Shown one piece after another: positions 17,435-32,400 of a DNA stretch of 64,000 nt (its first letter is position 1; each line of letters opens with the position of its first letter). The position numbers and the translations under genes were made by a program. The notes beneath the pieces were generated by a model. That model was given only the letters and a program-made list of their open reading frames with translations. It was not told the DNA's origin and ran no database searches. The stretch lies in contig JAQGDQ010000002.1 in NCBI GenBank assembly GCA_030141605.1, positions 1,736,001-1,800,000 of the forward strand. The letters are read 5' to 3'. Source of the DNA: Tubiluchus corallicola (lineage: Eukaryota > Animalia > Priapulida).

Positions 17435-20402
17435 ATGTCAACTCCTGGAGGTATCACTAATTATAGGTTTGCTGATTACTTTGTCGTGTGTGGCCTAGAC
17501 GCAAAATCTGGCCTGGAACCAGATCAGCTATCAGGCAAGTATTGAATGACTGTTCTGAGCCTAAACGCTAAACCTTTCTTTTGAAATGAGATAGCAGTGT
17601 TCATTATTACCAAGGTTCAGCAATTATTTGCCAAACATATTTATTGTGCTTTTGTGTTATGTTTAATCAAAGTTATAAAATAAATTACTTTATCTAAATT
17701 TATATCTGTTTTCTTTACCCTCAATGTTGTGACTAGGCGATCACAATCTCTTATATTAATATTCTTGGTATATTTATATATATATAAGATTCGAGGCTAC
17801 AGCCTGGATTAGGGCACCATTTGCGGCGATCTATATATCAAACGAAAGATCTAGTGTCTTCTCATTGATGGTTTATTTTTCGAATCGGGCCCACCGGGAG
17901 AAAGGGGAGGCGAAAAACCTCCAAAAATGCCCCTTTTTCGACCGTTTTTTGCAAAAAATTGCAAAAGTTATACAGCTGAGATGTAGAGAACGGGAACGGG
18001 CCGAGGTTGGTCCTGGGTATGGATAGATAGCCCGTTCAGCAGTGGGTGTAGTAGGCATATTTAGAATTCCCGAGAGGCCCTGGGCGCCCCGCAACGGGTG
18101 TTTTCCCGGACCCAACTCGCGATTTTTTCGAAATTTTGACCAAACAGCATGCGGGAAAAACGTTCTAGCGTCGCCCGGTGGGACTCTAGGAAGGAGATAT
18201 ATAGCTCATCAGAAAGAGGAAGGACAGGGCTACACGATGATGTGGGCTATATGTTAGGGCAGGTCCACCGAGAGGAGTACTAGCGAGTTAATTAGATGTT
18301 CTATTTTCGGCAATTTTCGCTTAGAAAACTGTCCTAACACATTCCATTGTGCTTACGTCATCCATTGTACTCTATGACTTTAATTCAGCAAAAAGCTGCT
18401 CTGCGTTAAATAAACAGACATGCAGTAGGCATGATGTTACGGGCTACAGGCTTTGCGTTAGGTAAGTAGGCAGGAGTTTACGGGCTTTACGGGCTTTGTG
18501 TTATAAATGAGGACTGTGTAGGATGTTCGCGTATTATTTATTACACGTGTATTTATACGCAAAATCTTTTGCGGGGCCTTTGCTAGTATTACTAATAAAG
18601 GTCATGGCAAATGACAGTGATAAATGATGTGATAAACTATTTCGAATAATGAATAAGTAGTCAGTCATCATGCAAGGTGTCTCAGTACAATGCAATGATA
18701 TTATTGCAAATAGGGATGTTAACGGTAACAATACGTGTCAATAATTATCGATTATCACATCAATACAAAAAATTTGTTTTGATCATTATCGTATCAAATT
18801 TGGCGCATATTGCTGTTATGGCGCACTGGAATTATGCAAAAAATAAAACAAGAGTTATTTATTTGAATAATCTTCTTGCATTTTCTTCCTGCAATAGTGG
18901 CTATCTTCATTTGGTTCAGTGACACGAATGCCAAGTGTAGTATTTTTTGAAGCATTTTTTCAGTTACATGCAAGCAGTGCAGCTCACAAATAGATATATT
19001 ACCTGGAAGTAGAGCTATACGTAATATATAGTCTGCCACAGCTCTCGTCAACTATACATTAATCTGAAAACAGTCTGCGAAAACATACAGTGTTCCAATA
19101 CACTGTGAATCCTTAAACATTAACTAACCACACATCCGTTATCATTTTTATTATTCAAAATAATTTATCGTATCATCTGAAAAATACATTATCGATGTTG
19201 TATTGTTGGAAAAAACTTTGGTATCGTTATCATATTACCACATTTGTATCGTTTTACATCCCAAATTGCAGGCTGTTTCCAATTGTTGTACAGGTTCCAT
19301 ATCTTGCAAAATTCTCTTCTTCTCTTTAGTAATAAATATGTGACCAGCACATAGCCTGAAAATGCCTTTAGAAATACATGTATGGCATAAATGCCATTTA
19401 TGCATCACTAAACTGAATGAAGACAGTTTCTGTTGTAGGGAGAAAGTATAAGAAAATTACATGTATTTGTACACCCTTATAAATAACTCATTTTCTCTGT
19501 TTTCAGCATAACTCTTACACATATGTAGAAAAGTAAAGTGAAGCAATATATAATAGTGAGCAACAAGCAGCTGCAAGCATGAAATGCGAATACAGTAATG
19601 ATGTTCCTAGAATAATATAGATACAATAATTAATGATAAAAACCAATTTTTAATATCGGTATGATCTTCAATAATTACTGTATGATTTTTACTGCAAATT
19701 TTATTGTATGTTCAGGTGACAACCTGCACTTTTCTCCTTTGGAGCGGCCATATAAATCAAAAGTAATATGTCACTATCCGGAAAATGTGCCTTGGAACAC
19801 CTTTGATCAAAGTGCTGTTGGAATGGTAAGACTCACTATTATGATGCAGATCATTTGCTTGCATCAGTTAAAAATGCAAATTTAATCTTTAACGACAAGA
19901 ATAGTGGTAATTAATTAATAAAAAAATTCCATTACGTTTCAAACCACTGCTGTAGTTTATCATCAAATAAAAATAGGGGAAAATCGCATAAAGTTACTAA
20001 TACTATTTTTTGGGTTTTTTTAAAACCTTATTTACAAATCAAAACATCACATTTCAAAAAAGATGCAGTTCACATATTAAAATCGCAGAAGTCTAGCAAA
20101 CAAAAATGCAGAAACAAAAAATAGTATTACTGGATAAAAAAATGTGTAACTATGGCAGCGAGTCTGAGAGACATGTCATAGCAGACCTAGATGTCACAGA
20201 TGACCTAGCAGAGCTGAGAGACCTATAGGTTACAGATGCAGTTTAACAGGAATTTTTTTACATTTGTTTACACTATTTTACATTAGTTGGCTTTTATTTA
20301 CTTTATTTTATGTAATGTATATTATGTTTTTAAAAAGGACAAAGAAAGAGTAAGAGAATAAACAGAGACTGACCAAGTAGAACTAAATGAAAGAAAAATA
20401 GT

Positions 20403-20486
<84 letters not shown>

Positions 20487-23400
20487 GATAGAAAAGGTAG
20501 CAGGATCAGCAGTATGGCAGATAGGAGCGCTAAAGGGGACATTTACGGAACATTGTGGCTGAAACAGGTCCTAAATTGTCTACAGACATTTTCCAGGTCC
20601 AGTAAACAAACCTAATTTAAAATAATTAAAGTAGGTCATTTTTGATAGAAACCACAAACAAAGTTGAACTTTTGTTATGTGATGACATTTAACTTGTAGT
20701 AAAGCTTAGTTATTCCATTTATAACATTGTTTCCTTTTCATAACATGTTTCCTTTCCATAACTTTTTTTCCTTTTACAAAAACTAACTTTGCTTGCAAGT
20801 ATTTATGCGCACAGTGTTTTATTTCTTCTAACTGAGGTATTAAAAAAAGAAGTTCTGTATGCATTTTTTTTTGTTCCAGCTCTGCTTGCCACAAGGATTG
20901 TCATTTCGCACTCAGAAAGATTACAGGGAACCACGTTTTCACTCATTTATCATCACTCGTGAGGATGGATCACGAACTTATGGTTTCGGTTATACCTTTT
21001 ATGAAGAAGTCCGCAGTAAGGAGATATGCATTGCCATGCAAACTTTGCATGCGATGCATTTAGCTGAACTTGCTAACAGTCAGTCACGGACTTTATATCG
21101 TCATTCAAGTCAGGAACGTGACAGAGAGGATTCAGTTGGTCGTCATACTCTTCCGAAGTCAGGTCGCTCTAGTCCACCTAATGTTAATCAAGTATCGTTC
21201 TATGATATTACGAAAGATACTCTGTATGTGACAAAGTGCATTTGTTTTATATCTCAACTACCATTCGTTCGTGCCTCGCGTAAATTTCTGAAGGCTTTGT
21301 ATAGAGCAGTTTGTTCTACTAGAGGTCCACCAATGCCACTTGAGAGCTACGTGTATAATGCTCTTTTTGAGGTGCCTCTGCCACCTGTTGGTAGGACTCT
21401 AAAGTTTCAGTGTTTAGATGAAGACATATTATGTATCAGACCAGGTAATACAAAGTTGCATATTTCAATTTGTAACAGTTTTAATTTTTTTACCAAAATT
21501 TCACATTCTTAAATTTCTTGCAAAGCATTTAATCTGGTTGCAGAGTGCATTTTAAAAAGCTCAATCAACCATTTTAAAATTAATGTAATTGCAAAATTGT
21601 TTAAACTTTTCTGAATTTTTTTTACTTTTGTTACTTTCATGATTATATGATTTATATTATATTGCCATTATATTGCATGATAATTGCATTTGCACATGTA
21701 TATAAATTCCCTATAGTAACTTACTTAGCAAGTCAATATTTTATGCTGAAAACTAATATTTTGAAATCTCATATATTTTTATTTGCCTGCTAGGTTTGAC
21801 TGAACTGCCATTGTTTGAATATTCTTTGCGGGAGATGTTTACATTATTGGGAGTAGAAAATACCATTCAATTGTTCACCTGCTCTTTATTAGAGCATCAA
21901 ATACTGTTATTTTCTAAAGGTAATTTTCCATTATTTAATAAGTGCCTAAGAAATGATTTTGTATTTTTGGAAATCGTATTGATGCAGAGCCAAATTGCAT
22001 TTGTTTAGGTGAAAATGAGTGTTTGAATGGATGCGACTATGACTGTTTTCATGGTCCTTGTCCTTTCATTTGTTCGCAAAATGATTTTAGTGAAATCTTG
22101 ATAAACTAGGAAAAAACCCCATCTTTTAAACACAGTGGGAAAAAATATAAATATTTATATTGACTACCAGTTACAAATAAAAGGTCTGTCAGTGAATGTA
22201 AAAATGAGAAATATAGGGAAACATATGAAATTATGGAAGATCTTTGGAGGCAAATTATTACTAAAGTGGACACTGGACAGGTTCTTAAATTTTTGTAAAT
22301 CATTTGATCAGGCAAGCACTGAGCAATTTCAACGTTTGTAACTTAATAATTTATGTAATCATCTTGTTTTTTAAAGTTAAGTTAAGACATACATGCAGCT
22401 TCCAGAATTTATTTTGAGCTGTGCAGAGGTTTAATTGCCAATATTAGAGTTACATTTTTATATTAAGTTTTCTGCTGCTGAACAACTGTTATGGTGTTAT
22501 TTTCTGGCACTTATACAAAACTCATTTCAGTTTTGTGAAATTAAAAAACTATGCATTTTTTGCGACAAAAAGTTTGATATCTAAATAAGCAAAATTTTGA
22601 TCTGCAAAGGTGTAAAAACATATTCACAGTATGACTTGACCCACCTGCTTATTAGTTATATAACTGATGTCTTAAATTTTGTTAGCTATTAGTACCTGTA
22701 TTCATTTCTTATGCATGCTTTCTTTTTTGCAGATTATCATAAGCTTGGGCTTGTTGCCGAAGGTGTCACGATGTTGTTATTTCCCTTTACATGGCAACAT
22801 GTATATGTGCCTATCTTACCGGCATCTCTTTTACATTTCCTCGATGCCCCTGTACCGTACATCATGGGGCTTCATCATTCGACCCCTCAAGATAGAGCAT
22901 CCTTGCAACTACCCGGTGAGGTGAGTGTATTGGAAATAACTTGTATAAAGTAGCTTACATAACTTTGCTTATGTTAAGTATTCAAACTAGTATGTAGAGG
23001 TACTCAACTACTAAACTTAATTAATTGAAAATGTGTATCAGTAATCAATGATATAGTAGTCTGATGTCGATTCCACTAATCATTTTAAGATAATATGTTA
23101 ACAATGTGTGAATGTGACTGCTAAATTTGTAACCATTTCATAATTTATTGTATGTCCTAACTAAAGTTTACTGACATCAAAAGAGTCTGAGCTTCAGTTT
23201 TCAATTTTTCTATGCAAGTATAGATGTTTATTTTTTATATATATAAATTATTATTATAATTATTATTATTTTTATTATTATTATTATTATTATTATGAGT
23301 TTATTTCACATAAAAATATACAGCTTACAAAGACAACAGGATGTTAGTAAAGTAACATATCTACAGAAATTCAACTTTGTAATATCCTCTTAAGTATGCT

Positions 23401-26400
23401 TGTAATTCTATTACAATAAATGGTGTTACAGGAATCTGTAACAGGTATCTTAAAACATAATCTTTAAATGAGTTTTTTACCTTTAACTTTACATTTTTGT
23501 TTAGATCTGCAGTACAACCATATTTTAATCTTAAATTTACTTGACTGTTATTTACATAGTAGCATAGCTTTGGAATTCTCAATGTGCAGGACTTTGCAAT
23601 TTTTCTCACAGAATTTAATTTTCGACTATCTAGTAAATAATTCGTAGGCATTATGCCACAAAAATACGTTAACAATTTGACGCTTTCATTCATAATTGGC
23701 GTATAAGGGGGTCCGTGTATACAGCGTATAAAATAGGTAATAATACACCTCCTTGTCTGACAGCTGTTTTTATACAAACTTAGGTACTATACTGATCTTT
23801 CCATTTGACACAGTTTTATAAATAATCCTCTATCAAAAGCTTTGGAGGCATCTAGAAATGCGACACATACAGGATCATTTCTTTTTGAGAAAAAATTTGC
23901 AGTTTCTTTTTTGGTATATATGGTATGATTGCAACTTGATTCAACTTTAAAGCCGAATTGTAATTCGTCACTTTCTAAGCATTCACCGAATTTTATCAGT
24001 AAAACTTATTCAAATAATTTTGAGATAGTAGGAGATAATTACTGCCCGATGAATGTATTTTTTGTAACATTATATCTACACTTACTTTGTGTCACATAAG
24101 TTTATCTACTACGCAAAGTGTATTCAAAGTAGAAAATGTAAATGATGCAGAAGTACTGTCAACAAGTTTTCTAAGTTTTGTTTTCTTTATTAGATGTAGC
24201 CTGAGGAATCTAGTTGTAATAGATACCATTATATAATTATAAAAAGTATCACAGTATGGTACTTTTTTGCATGATGCTAGTGCTGTCTCTTGAAGAAAGT
24301 TTTCTGTGGAAAATTGTTTTCTAAGCCTCTAAAAACTATTTTTGAGTTAGACATTTTCTCTGCTTCCAGGTCTGTTTCGTAGATATTGACAATCACATAT
24401 TAGAATTACCGGAAGATCTGCCACAGTTTGCTGACAAAATTGAGTTTATGCAAGAGCTGTCTGAAATTCTTGTTCGATACAATGTTCCTTTTTTTGGACG
24501 AGAAGTACAGAATGGCAACCAGACATTAACTAGAGTATGTGTGTGATATTAAATGATATTTTATTTTTTTTGGAATGTGCTGCATTCTGTCTTTGAACGA
24601 TCGATATGGACCTCTTTTGTTAAAATTGTAGTTTGTGATACATTGTTTAATGCTATGGCTAGCTGATATCATTATTTTGTTTGTCAGTTTGCCAGCCTTA
24701 TTGATATCATAATCTTTGTATAAATTGTAACTATTTGCAACATAATACTTATTATCATGTGTAAATTTCAGGTATCGAGGCATAAAAGTAGAGAAATTAG
24801 AAATGATTCTAATACTAATAGATCCGGCACTCTGCCGCACCCAGGAAAGCACAAATTCAGTACATTAGGTTCTGGTACCAGTATTCCGCAACAGATGGCC
24901 ATACTGCAGCAGAGCGAGGCTTTGCAGAAAATATCCGCGATAGCACGAAGAACGGGTATGTTTTGCCAGTAGGAGGAGGAAAACGTCATTTAATAATTAT
25001 TTGTACATCATTTAGTCAATAGCCAATTAATGTGGCTCACTTAATATGTCATACTCAATTTTTGTTTGTGTTTTTGTTTAATCTTTTATATTTTATCCAG
25101 TTAAGCTGCTTGTAAGCCAAGATTCAGGACTTGCCGGCTGAGCGTATTCAGTGTAGATAGTTCGGTTGAGCCGTAATCAATCTCATTATTAAGTAATGCC
25201 ACACAGAGTGACCACTAAACTATTCATCCAACACCGACAACTTGTTCTTGCTAACTTGTTGCCGCAATGGTATTTGCACATACGTATGGCGATAGTGCAT
25301 ACAATTTCATAACCTATTTCTGATTTAGTTTATTTTTTCTGTTTGCCATAAGATTGTGAGCTTGGATATTTGTGTAAGAAATGTTTTCAGTATTTGCATA
25401 GTTGCCATAGTGATCTGATGTCATATTTGCCTGTTTAGGTGTCATGATGTCATTGGAGGACTTGCACCATCAGCCACGTCGGGATCATCAGGGGAATTAC
25501 AGTCAGCGTGAACACAGTCAATACGTAGAAGATTTGAAATTCAATGCTGCAGTGCGTGAAGTTTTTCTAAATAGGTAATCTTGTTTCAAACATCTGAGAT
25601 GATGGTCGAATAGAAGAATTCATCCTCCTTTGTCGTTTTCTGTTGCGCAAGTTTCCTCTATATGCAAAAAATGGTGTATTAATGTGGTATTAAATTGTGA
25701 CTGGATGACTAATTTCGGTTCTAGTAGCCCTTAGAAGTGCTTACATAGGTAAAACCTGACCTGTTTATGTAAATTTAATATTTTTGCTGTGCTTGCTATT
25801 AAAATGATACGATGGAGTCACTGCATGTTCTACAAATAAAGATAAAACCTCTGTAGTTTGTATGGCATTTGTTAAATCCTGTAGAATTTGTTAAAACATA
25901 CAATTTGCCTAGAAGTTTTAACAGCTTGAACAAATTTTGTCGTCTCACAGCTCATCGTCATTCATAAATTGGATATTAACATTATTAAAATTGGATAAAT
26001 GATAACATTCGATATTCACTAAGAAACTAATACATCTCACATTGCTTAATATTTCTTTAACAAAAATGATAACTCTCAGTGGTGTTTTTCATATTTTTCT
26101 TGGATACTTCTAAAATTTTTGGGCTTGTGGCAATAAAGTAAGACCTGTCAGGTAGCCTAAGTGAAAAGGCCATTAATATTGTTTTGATGCCGCAGGTTTG
26201 TATTCAAAATTGATTGAATGAAGATTTGTAAAATTATGTGCAAACTAAATCTGTGAGAAACATTTTTCTCACAAAGCATAGTATTTTACACTGACTTTCC
26301 CCTCTTCATGTATGCCATAGCAAGAATATACATATACCATTCATCCGTCATCAGCTCACATTTTTCTTTTGTTGCTTTGTTGCTATGGCATAGTGAAGAA

Positions 26401-29400
26401 TTGTTTGTATAAGCAATGATATGTGTATAAATTCTATATGCCCAGCACTGACACTTTTATTTGTACCTTGTCTAGGTTTGTACATATGTTCAGTACTTAT
26501 GAAGCATTTGTCATTCAGCCAAGTGGTGACATGGACACATGGTTATCTAACCGTGATAGTATGCAAAACTTTGACAAAGCTGCATATCTCAGGTAAAATG
26601 CAAATTAGATCACAGTGTATGAATATATTATGTTTAATCTCATTTTTCTCATATTTCCTCATTTTAGGAATTGGCAAATATTTGGAGGAAATTCGTCGAT
26701 TACATGGCATTCAATTTTTGCACTAGGGTAGTAATTATTTTAGATACTATTGTTGCTGTTGGTGTGTAGTTCACCGCTATTTGCAGCTAAAACATTCCTA
26801 CAAACCTTTGAGGAACAAAACAATCTCAAACTCAAATATTTGTTTTAATACTAATGTTGGATGCCCAGCACTACTGCCAGTGTACAGAGACTCGGGGGGG
26901 GGGGGGGGGGGGGTTCTTACTTTGCTTTACAAAGCAATACTATAAGATTATAATTGTGCTATGATGATGTAATATTATAATTGGACATTTATTTGCTAAC
27001 TGAAAATCTGTATAAGCTCTGCAGATAATTAAAAGTGTGTCTTTAATTCTTTATTAATGTAATTATTATATTGAGACATTTACAGAATTTTAAATAAATA
27101 AATTTTTAATCGCATAATTAACTAAACTTGATCTTATATTTTCAGTGATCAGCCAGAAGCATATTTACCATTTTTGTGCCCGTTCATAGAAACACAGATG
27201 TTCACAACTCTCGTTGACAATAAGATTGTGTCACAATGGGAGGATGTAGATGGCTACCTTAAGGTTTGGATTTATGATTCCCTTTTTACCTTTAGGTTGT
27301 TGTTCTTGAGACTTTGTATGCTGAATTTAAAGTCACAATGAAGTTGCAGAACATTACAAATTATTTCTGCATGAACGTTTGTGTATCATGATTCATAGCA
27401 TGAACATTTAAAAATCTAGGTATTTTTACGGAGAAGTTTTCTGACAGCTACATAATTTACATAGTACTAAGTGAGCTATGAAGCTGTGGAGAATCTCAGA
27501 CTCTTATTATCTGCCTTAGTTTAGTCATGATGTCCAGACAGTGCATATTATACAAATTTAAAATTTATTAAATTTACTATAGATGATGACGTTGTAAATG
27601 GTAGGCCAAGTGCACCGTCATTACACAGTTTTCATTTACAAAAATATGACTTCTAAGCCAAGGACATATGTGAATATTTATTTGTGCATTTCCAGATATT
27701 TGATAACCGAGTAAAGCATCTTAGGGAGCGATACGGTGATGTTCGAACACCAGCTTATGAAAGATGTGAAACTATAGCAGAAGCAGGCATGTAGACATTC
27801 TTCATTGCTTTTTATGGCTGAATTTGTTAACTTGACTAAGATAAAATTAACTATGTAATTATCAAATAAATGTTCATCTGTTGTATCATGAACCTGTTGA
27901 ACTTGAGTTAGTAGAAAACTTCAAATCATTGTTAACAGAGTGCAACAGTTACTGTTGTATGTAAGATCATACCTAGCCTTATCTATAATGGATGGGCATT
28001 TTTGAAGTGTTAGGGAGTTACCCTTTCATCACTGATGTGGTGCTTGATACTTTCAACATTATTTAAATTAATTTTAATCAGTGATAAAACTAATTTATTT
28101 TTTAACGCCTTATAAGCAATAAAATCGCATTGCAGAGATGCTGGTTGAGAAGCGTGCTGCAAATGTCGACATTGTTGCTATGGCGCCACATTTCCTAGAT
28201 GGTTTTAATCTTGATGAATGGGTACACAAGCCAGATTTCTTTCCTCGTCTGGACTCTAAGTCACTAAAAAAGGAGCCATATACAATGCAAAAGTAAGTTG
28301 CAAGGGGTTTTTCGCGTGTTATAATTTAAGAATAATTTGAATGCTATAAAGCATCATAAATTGTACCACCAAAGTGACTTGTATTTGTATGTCTTGAAGC
28401 TCGTCCAGCTAATGCAAAGAAATAGAGTTCTTGCTTTGAATAATATTGAAGTTGTGAATGTATGTGATTCTTTGTTACTTATTTGAAAAGTATTTTAAAG
28501 CACAGAAGCAAAGCTATGAAATAAATATATGTGTAACGAGATTATGTTAAAAAAAGTTCTTGCATTGCAGGGAGAGAGTTAGACGAAAAGACAAGGCTCA
28601 ATGGAAGAGAAGAGACAGAGGGCAGCAGCAGACGGAACATCTTACATTATCAAATGAACAGCGAGAGGTAGCAGAAATTTCTGTATTTTTTGTTTTGTCA
28701 TTCTGTATGTTTTTCTGTTTATAATTTCAGTTAAGCAGATGTGTTTTAAATGCTGTACCTTTTGCATTTCCTTAGATAAACTGCCCCTAGCAAGTCAATG
28801 GTTACTCAAGGTAAAAGATTATAGTAAGAAAGTGAAGATATAAATATGTTTTAAAACAGAATTTATACGTCTAATTTGCTACTGATACAAGGTATCTGTT
28901 GATGTTCTTCCGAAATCCAGGTTTTGTAGTTTTCAGACAAATATTTTTTTGGTAGATAAGAAATCTTTAGGAAAAAAACTAGAGTCATTAGCAGTTTTAC
29001 CAGTGATCTTTAAAGTATTTGTCAAATGCCCTTTAATTTACTCTATCAGGTATCCATAAAAGGGCAGCAGCTACTCTCATAGCAGTATAATAAAGGCACT
29101 TGTCTTTGCTCGTATAGTTGAGCAAACCGTTAGGCCAGTAAATTCATTTTAAAAGTAATAATACAGCTGCTCATAGTTGTATTTGTAGAGGTTTGAAAAA
29201 TGTCTTTTTTAGGAAATGAAAATGATCTATAGAACATATATGGACATTTTTTTATATTTAAGTTACTCATATACTTGCTTTAAATGTAACAGATTAACAG
29301 TTGGTAATTTGCTTCGATTTAGTTCTCTGATTCTCATTTTATAATTAGCCTAATTACGTATATTTTATTAATGATTTCGCAAATAAAATTTTTTGAAAGT

Positions 29401-32400
29401 AACACATTTTCTTTGCTAGAAATGCATGCAGGAGGCTCGAAATAAGAACACTCGTGGACCAGGTATCTCAGATATGTCAGCTGCTACTATTGCTCACACT
29501 AATTGGAAGTTTGTGGAGACATTGCTGAAGGAAGTAAAGGGGAAGGTTTGTACAAGCATGTATCCAAGGATATGTGGCTTAAATCGAGAGATCCAGTTGC
29601 AGTTTTTTTACATTTCAATTTTTCTACGTGCTTGACTTAAAAATATATAATAAATATTTATATGTAATATTATATGGTTTCGTGTCATCATTAATTTGTA
29701 ATTTTGTGATTGGCTTGAACATTTAGCTTATGCGTGTAGCTATAAGCAGCACGCCTGTGTATAATTGTTTTTCCTTTGTTGTTATGAATCCGTGAATTCC
29801 AATATATGTAGTATCATAAAGCACAATTTACTTATTTTAAATAGGATAATGCACATGCGAAAATCGCAAATGTCTAGTTTTTGGGTGAAATACAGTATCG
29901 CAATAGTTTTTTCCTCCCCCATAGTCCTATTTTAGGTTGCTGTCACAATTGTTTTTCCAGTTTGGCTATTGCTAGTATCATTGCTAGCTTAACATTTTTT
30001 CTTTTTGTAATTTACATAGACTAAGCGAATGTTAGTAGAGAAGATGGGTCAGGAAGCTGTTGACCTGGGTCATGGCGAGGTCAGCATTTCTGGCGTAGAG
30101 GAAAATACACTTATAGCCAGTCTTTGTGATCTTTTGGAGCGTATATGGGGTCATGGTCTTCAAACCAAGAAGGTGAGTTCTGTTAGGTTTCTTCACTTAT
30201 ATTACGTACAGAATGTTAGAGTATCGTAATTTGGCAGTTTCGTCAAAGCCCAGTGTAGCCAAAAAAAAATTATCAAATTATCAAGCTTATCAAAGACCAA
30301 GTTTTAGTTCACCATTTGTAACTCTATGTATTTTTATATTCCTTGTATTAGAATTTTCCTCGGGCTTATGAGTCAGAACTTCAGCTTTGAATGCATGTCA
30401 TTTGGTTATTTAGACTTGCTTTGAACATTTGATATACAGTCCAAGGAATGTTTCTTTTTGTGTATTCTGAAATATTACACACTGCGGAAATGACCTTACT
30501 TGTAACTACTAAAGGTTTAATCAATGTTTTGTCATTATTGCCGTTCAGATGAAAAAGGTAAACTGCTGCTGCTGCTGATGTTAGTTGTTGGTTGTCTTCT
30601 AGTTACCTTTTTTATAATTTAGCACTTGCAAAATCATTTTTCTGCCATGTCTGACATGTCATTGTTTGTTCACATATTGTGTAGCAGCTGATTGTGTAGA
30701 ATTAGATTTTTGTGCTATAACATTGCGCAGTAAAACGAATTTGCTTCTTTATTTTTGTAAACAAGCAACTGCTATGTTTTTTTGCTGTTAATTTCTTTGG
30801 GTGTGCACTGCATCATGCTCACCCACACATATCAGCCATTTTTAAAAATCCCGCTTTAAATGTTTTTATAAGTGTCTGTTTGAATAAATGTACAAAAGAA
30901 ATGAAAAATTCAACTATTCAGTAATTTCAAAATTTAGAAACTTTGTATTTGATAAATTGATAAGATGTGTGTCATTGGTTAATTGAATACAATCATTGTT
31001 TGGGATGTGTAGTCATTTTACCACTGCTGCTAAAGTGGTTTTATTGAAATCAATCATTTGTTTAAAATTAATGTTCTTTACAGGGAAAGTCTGCACTTTG
31101 GTCACATCTGCTCAGTTATACAGAAATTGCTGAGTGCAATGATACGAGTAAACCAATAGACCCAAACTTCCTGACTCCTGGTGAGTGTTTTATTCGTGAA
31201 CGGCTCAAAATTTGCAGAACAAATATTACATCAAGTAGGAAAATTACACAAATTTAATGACTAAATACATTCAAGTGGCTAACACTGCAATTCAGTTCTT
31301 GATTTGCTACTGTGCCTTCTTGATGACTTGCAGCGTTTTAAAACAAGGACGTAAACTGTTATTCACATTGTTTTTTGCACTCCTGTATTGTGCATAGTAG
31401 CAAAAATGTTTTGGACTGCAGCCTTGAGCCTTTGTGTTGCCACTCCTTAGTAAATGATAGTTACTGAATTTTGATATTTAAAATTTCAATCATCTGGCAC
31501 AATGACGAACATGGTTTGCAGGTATAGTATTCCAAGGATTAACAACATTTTCATATTTACTAGGCAAAAAGAACTTAAATCTTCTGATTGTTTACCTTGT
31601 TAATTGTATTTATTTAAAAAATGTTTCTCACAAACTCTTGCTATATTATTATAAAATGCTGTTCTTGTTTTTGCACTATATTTTTCGGAAATTTAGCTGC
31701 AGAAGGTAAAAGCTTGTTCACACATGTCCACGACCTGACCATATATGTGCAATCACAGTATAATTGTGAATTATTTCACAAGTCCTATAAATTGTCTTTT
31801 TCTCATTTGACTGGCGGGTCTATTATATGGTCTATCTTTATAGTCTTTAAATCTTATTTATTTTCCACTTTCTTATAAATCACTTTCACTATAATGCTTC
31901 AGTGAGCAGCATAGTGAATTCATACTAACACTAACATACATATTACTACATAACTTCTGTTATTCTCATGCAGCTTTGGCTTGGTGTGTCTTGCGAAAGA
32001 GAATTGATCGTATGTTTTTAAAACTGTTTGCAGTAAGTCCTCACTTAACAACGCTAATGTGTTCTAACAGAATGCAATGTTGAATGAAATGCCAGAAAAC
32101 AAAGTCATGTCATCCACAGAAAATACTACAAATCCATGGTGATGCATTCCAACAGCAAAATGCCATAATGCTTTGTTGAAATAAAACATTTTTATCTATT
32201 TTTTAAATGCAAAAAGAAACGTTTTTTATACCAATCAAATGAAGTAACCTGGTTGCTATTTCTTGAAATAGTTTGTTAAATTTCAAAAATGGGTTTCAGA
32301 ATTTTTTAGTTGCTTTTTTCTAGTGTATCGTGGTTTTTTTTGTTAATTGATTATGAAATGTTGTAATCGTCTGATAGCATAAATTGAGAAATGCCGGGGA

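Noticed and set aside
17873-18257. GC-rich ORFs inside the Helitron
   Set aside because: No Rep (HUH) or helicase motifs; open frames are expected from the GC content.
20330-20542. ORF with LSLSLS run resembling a membrane or signal peptide
   Set aside because: It is the translation of the (GA)n microsatellite.
23361-23777. 138-aa minus-strand ORF as a nested gene
   Set aside because: It lies within the decayed LINE; the RT motifs are in other frames and interrupted by stops.
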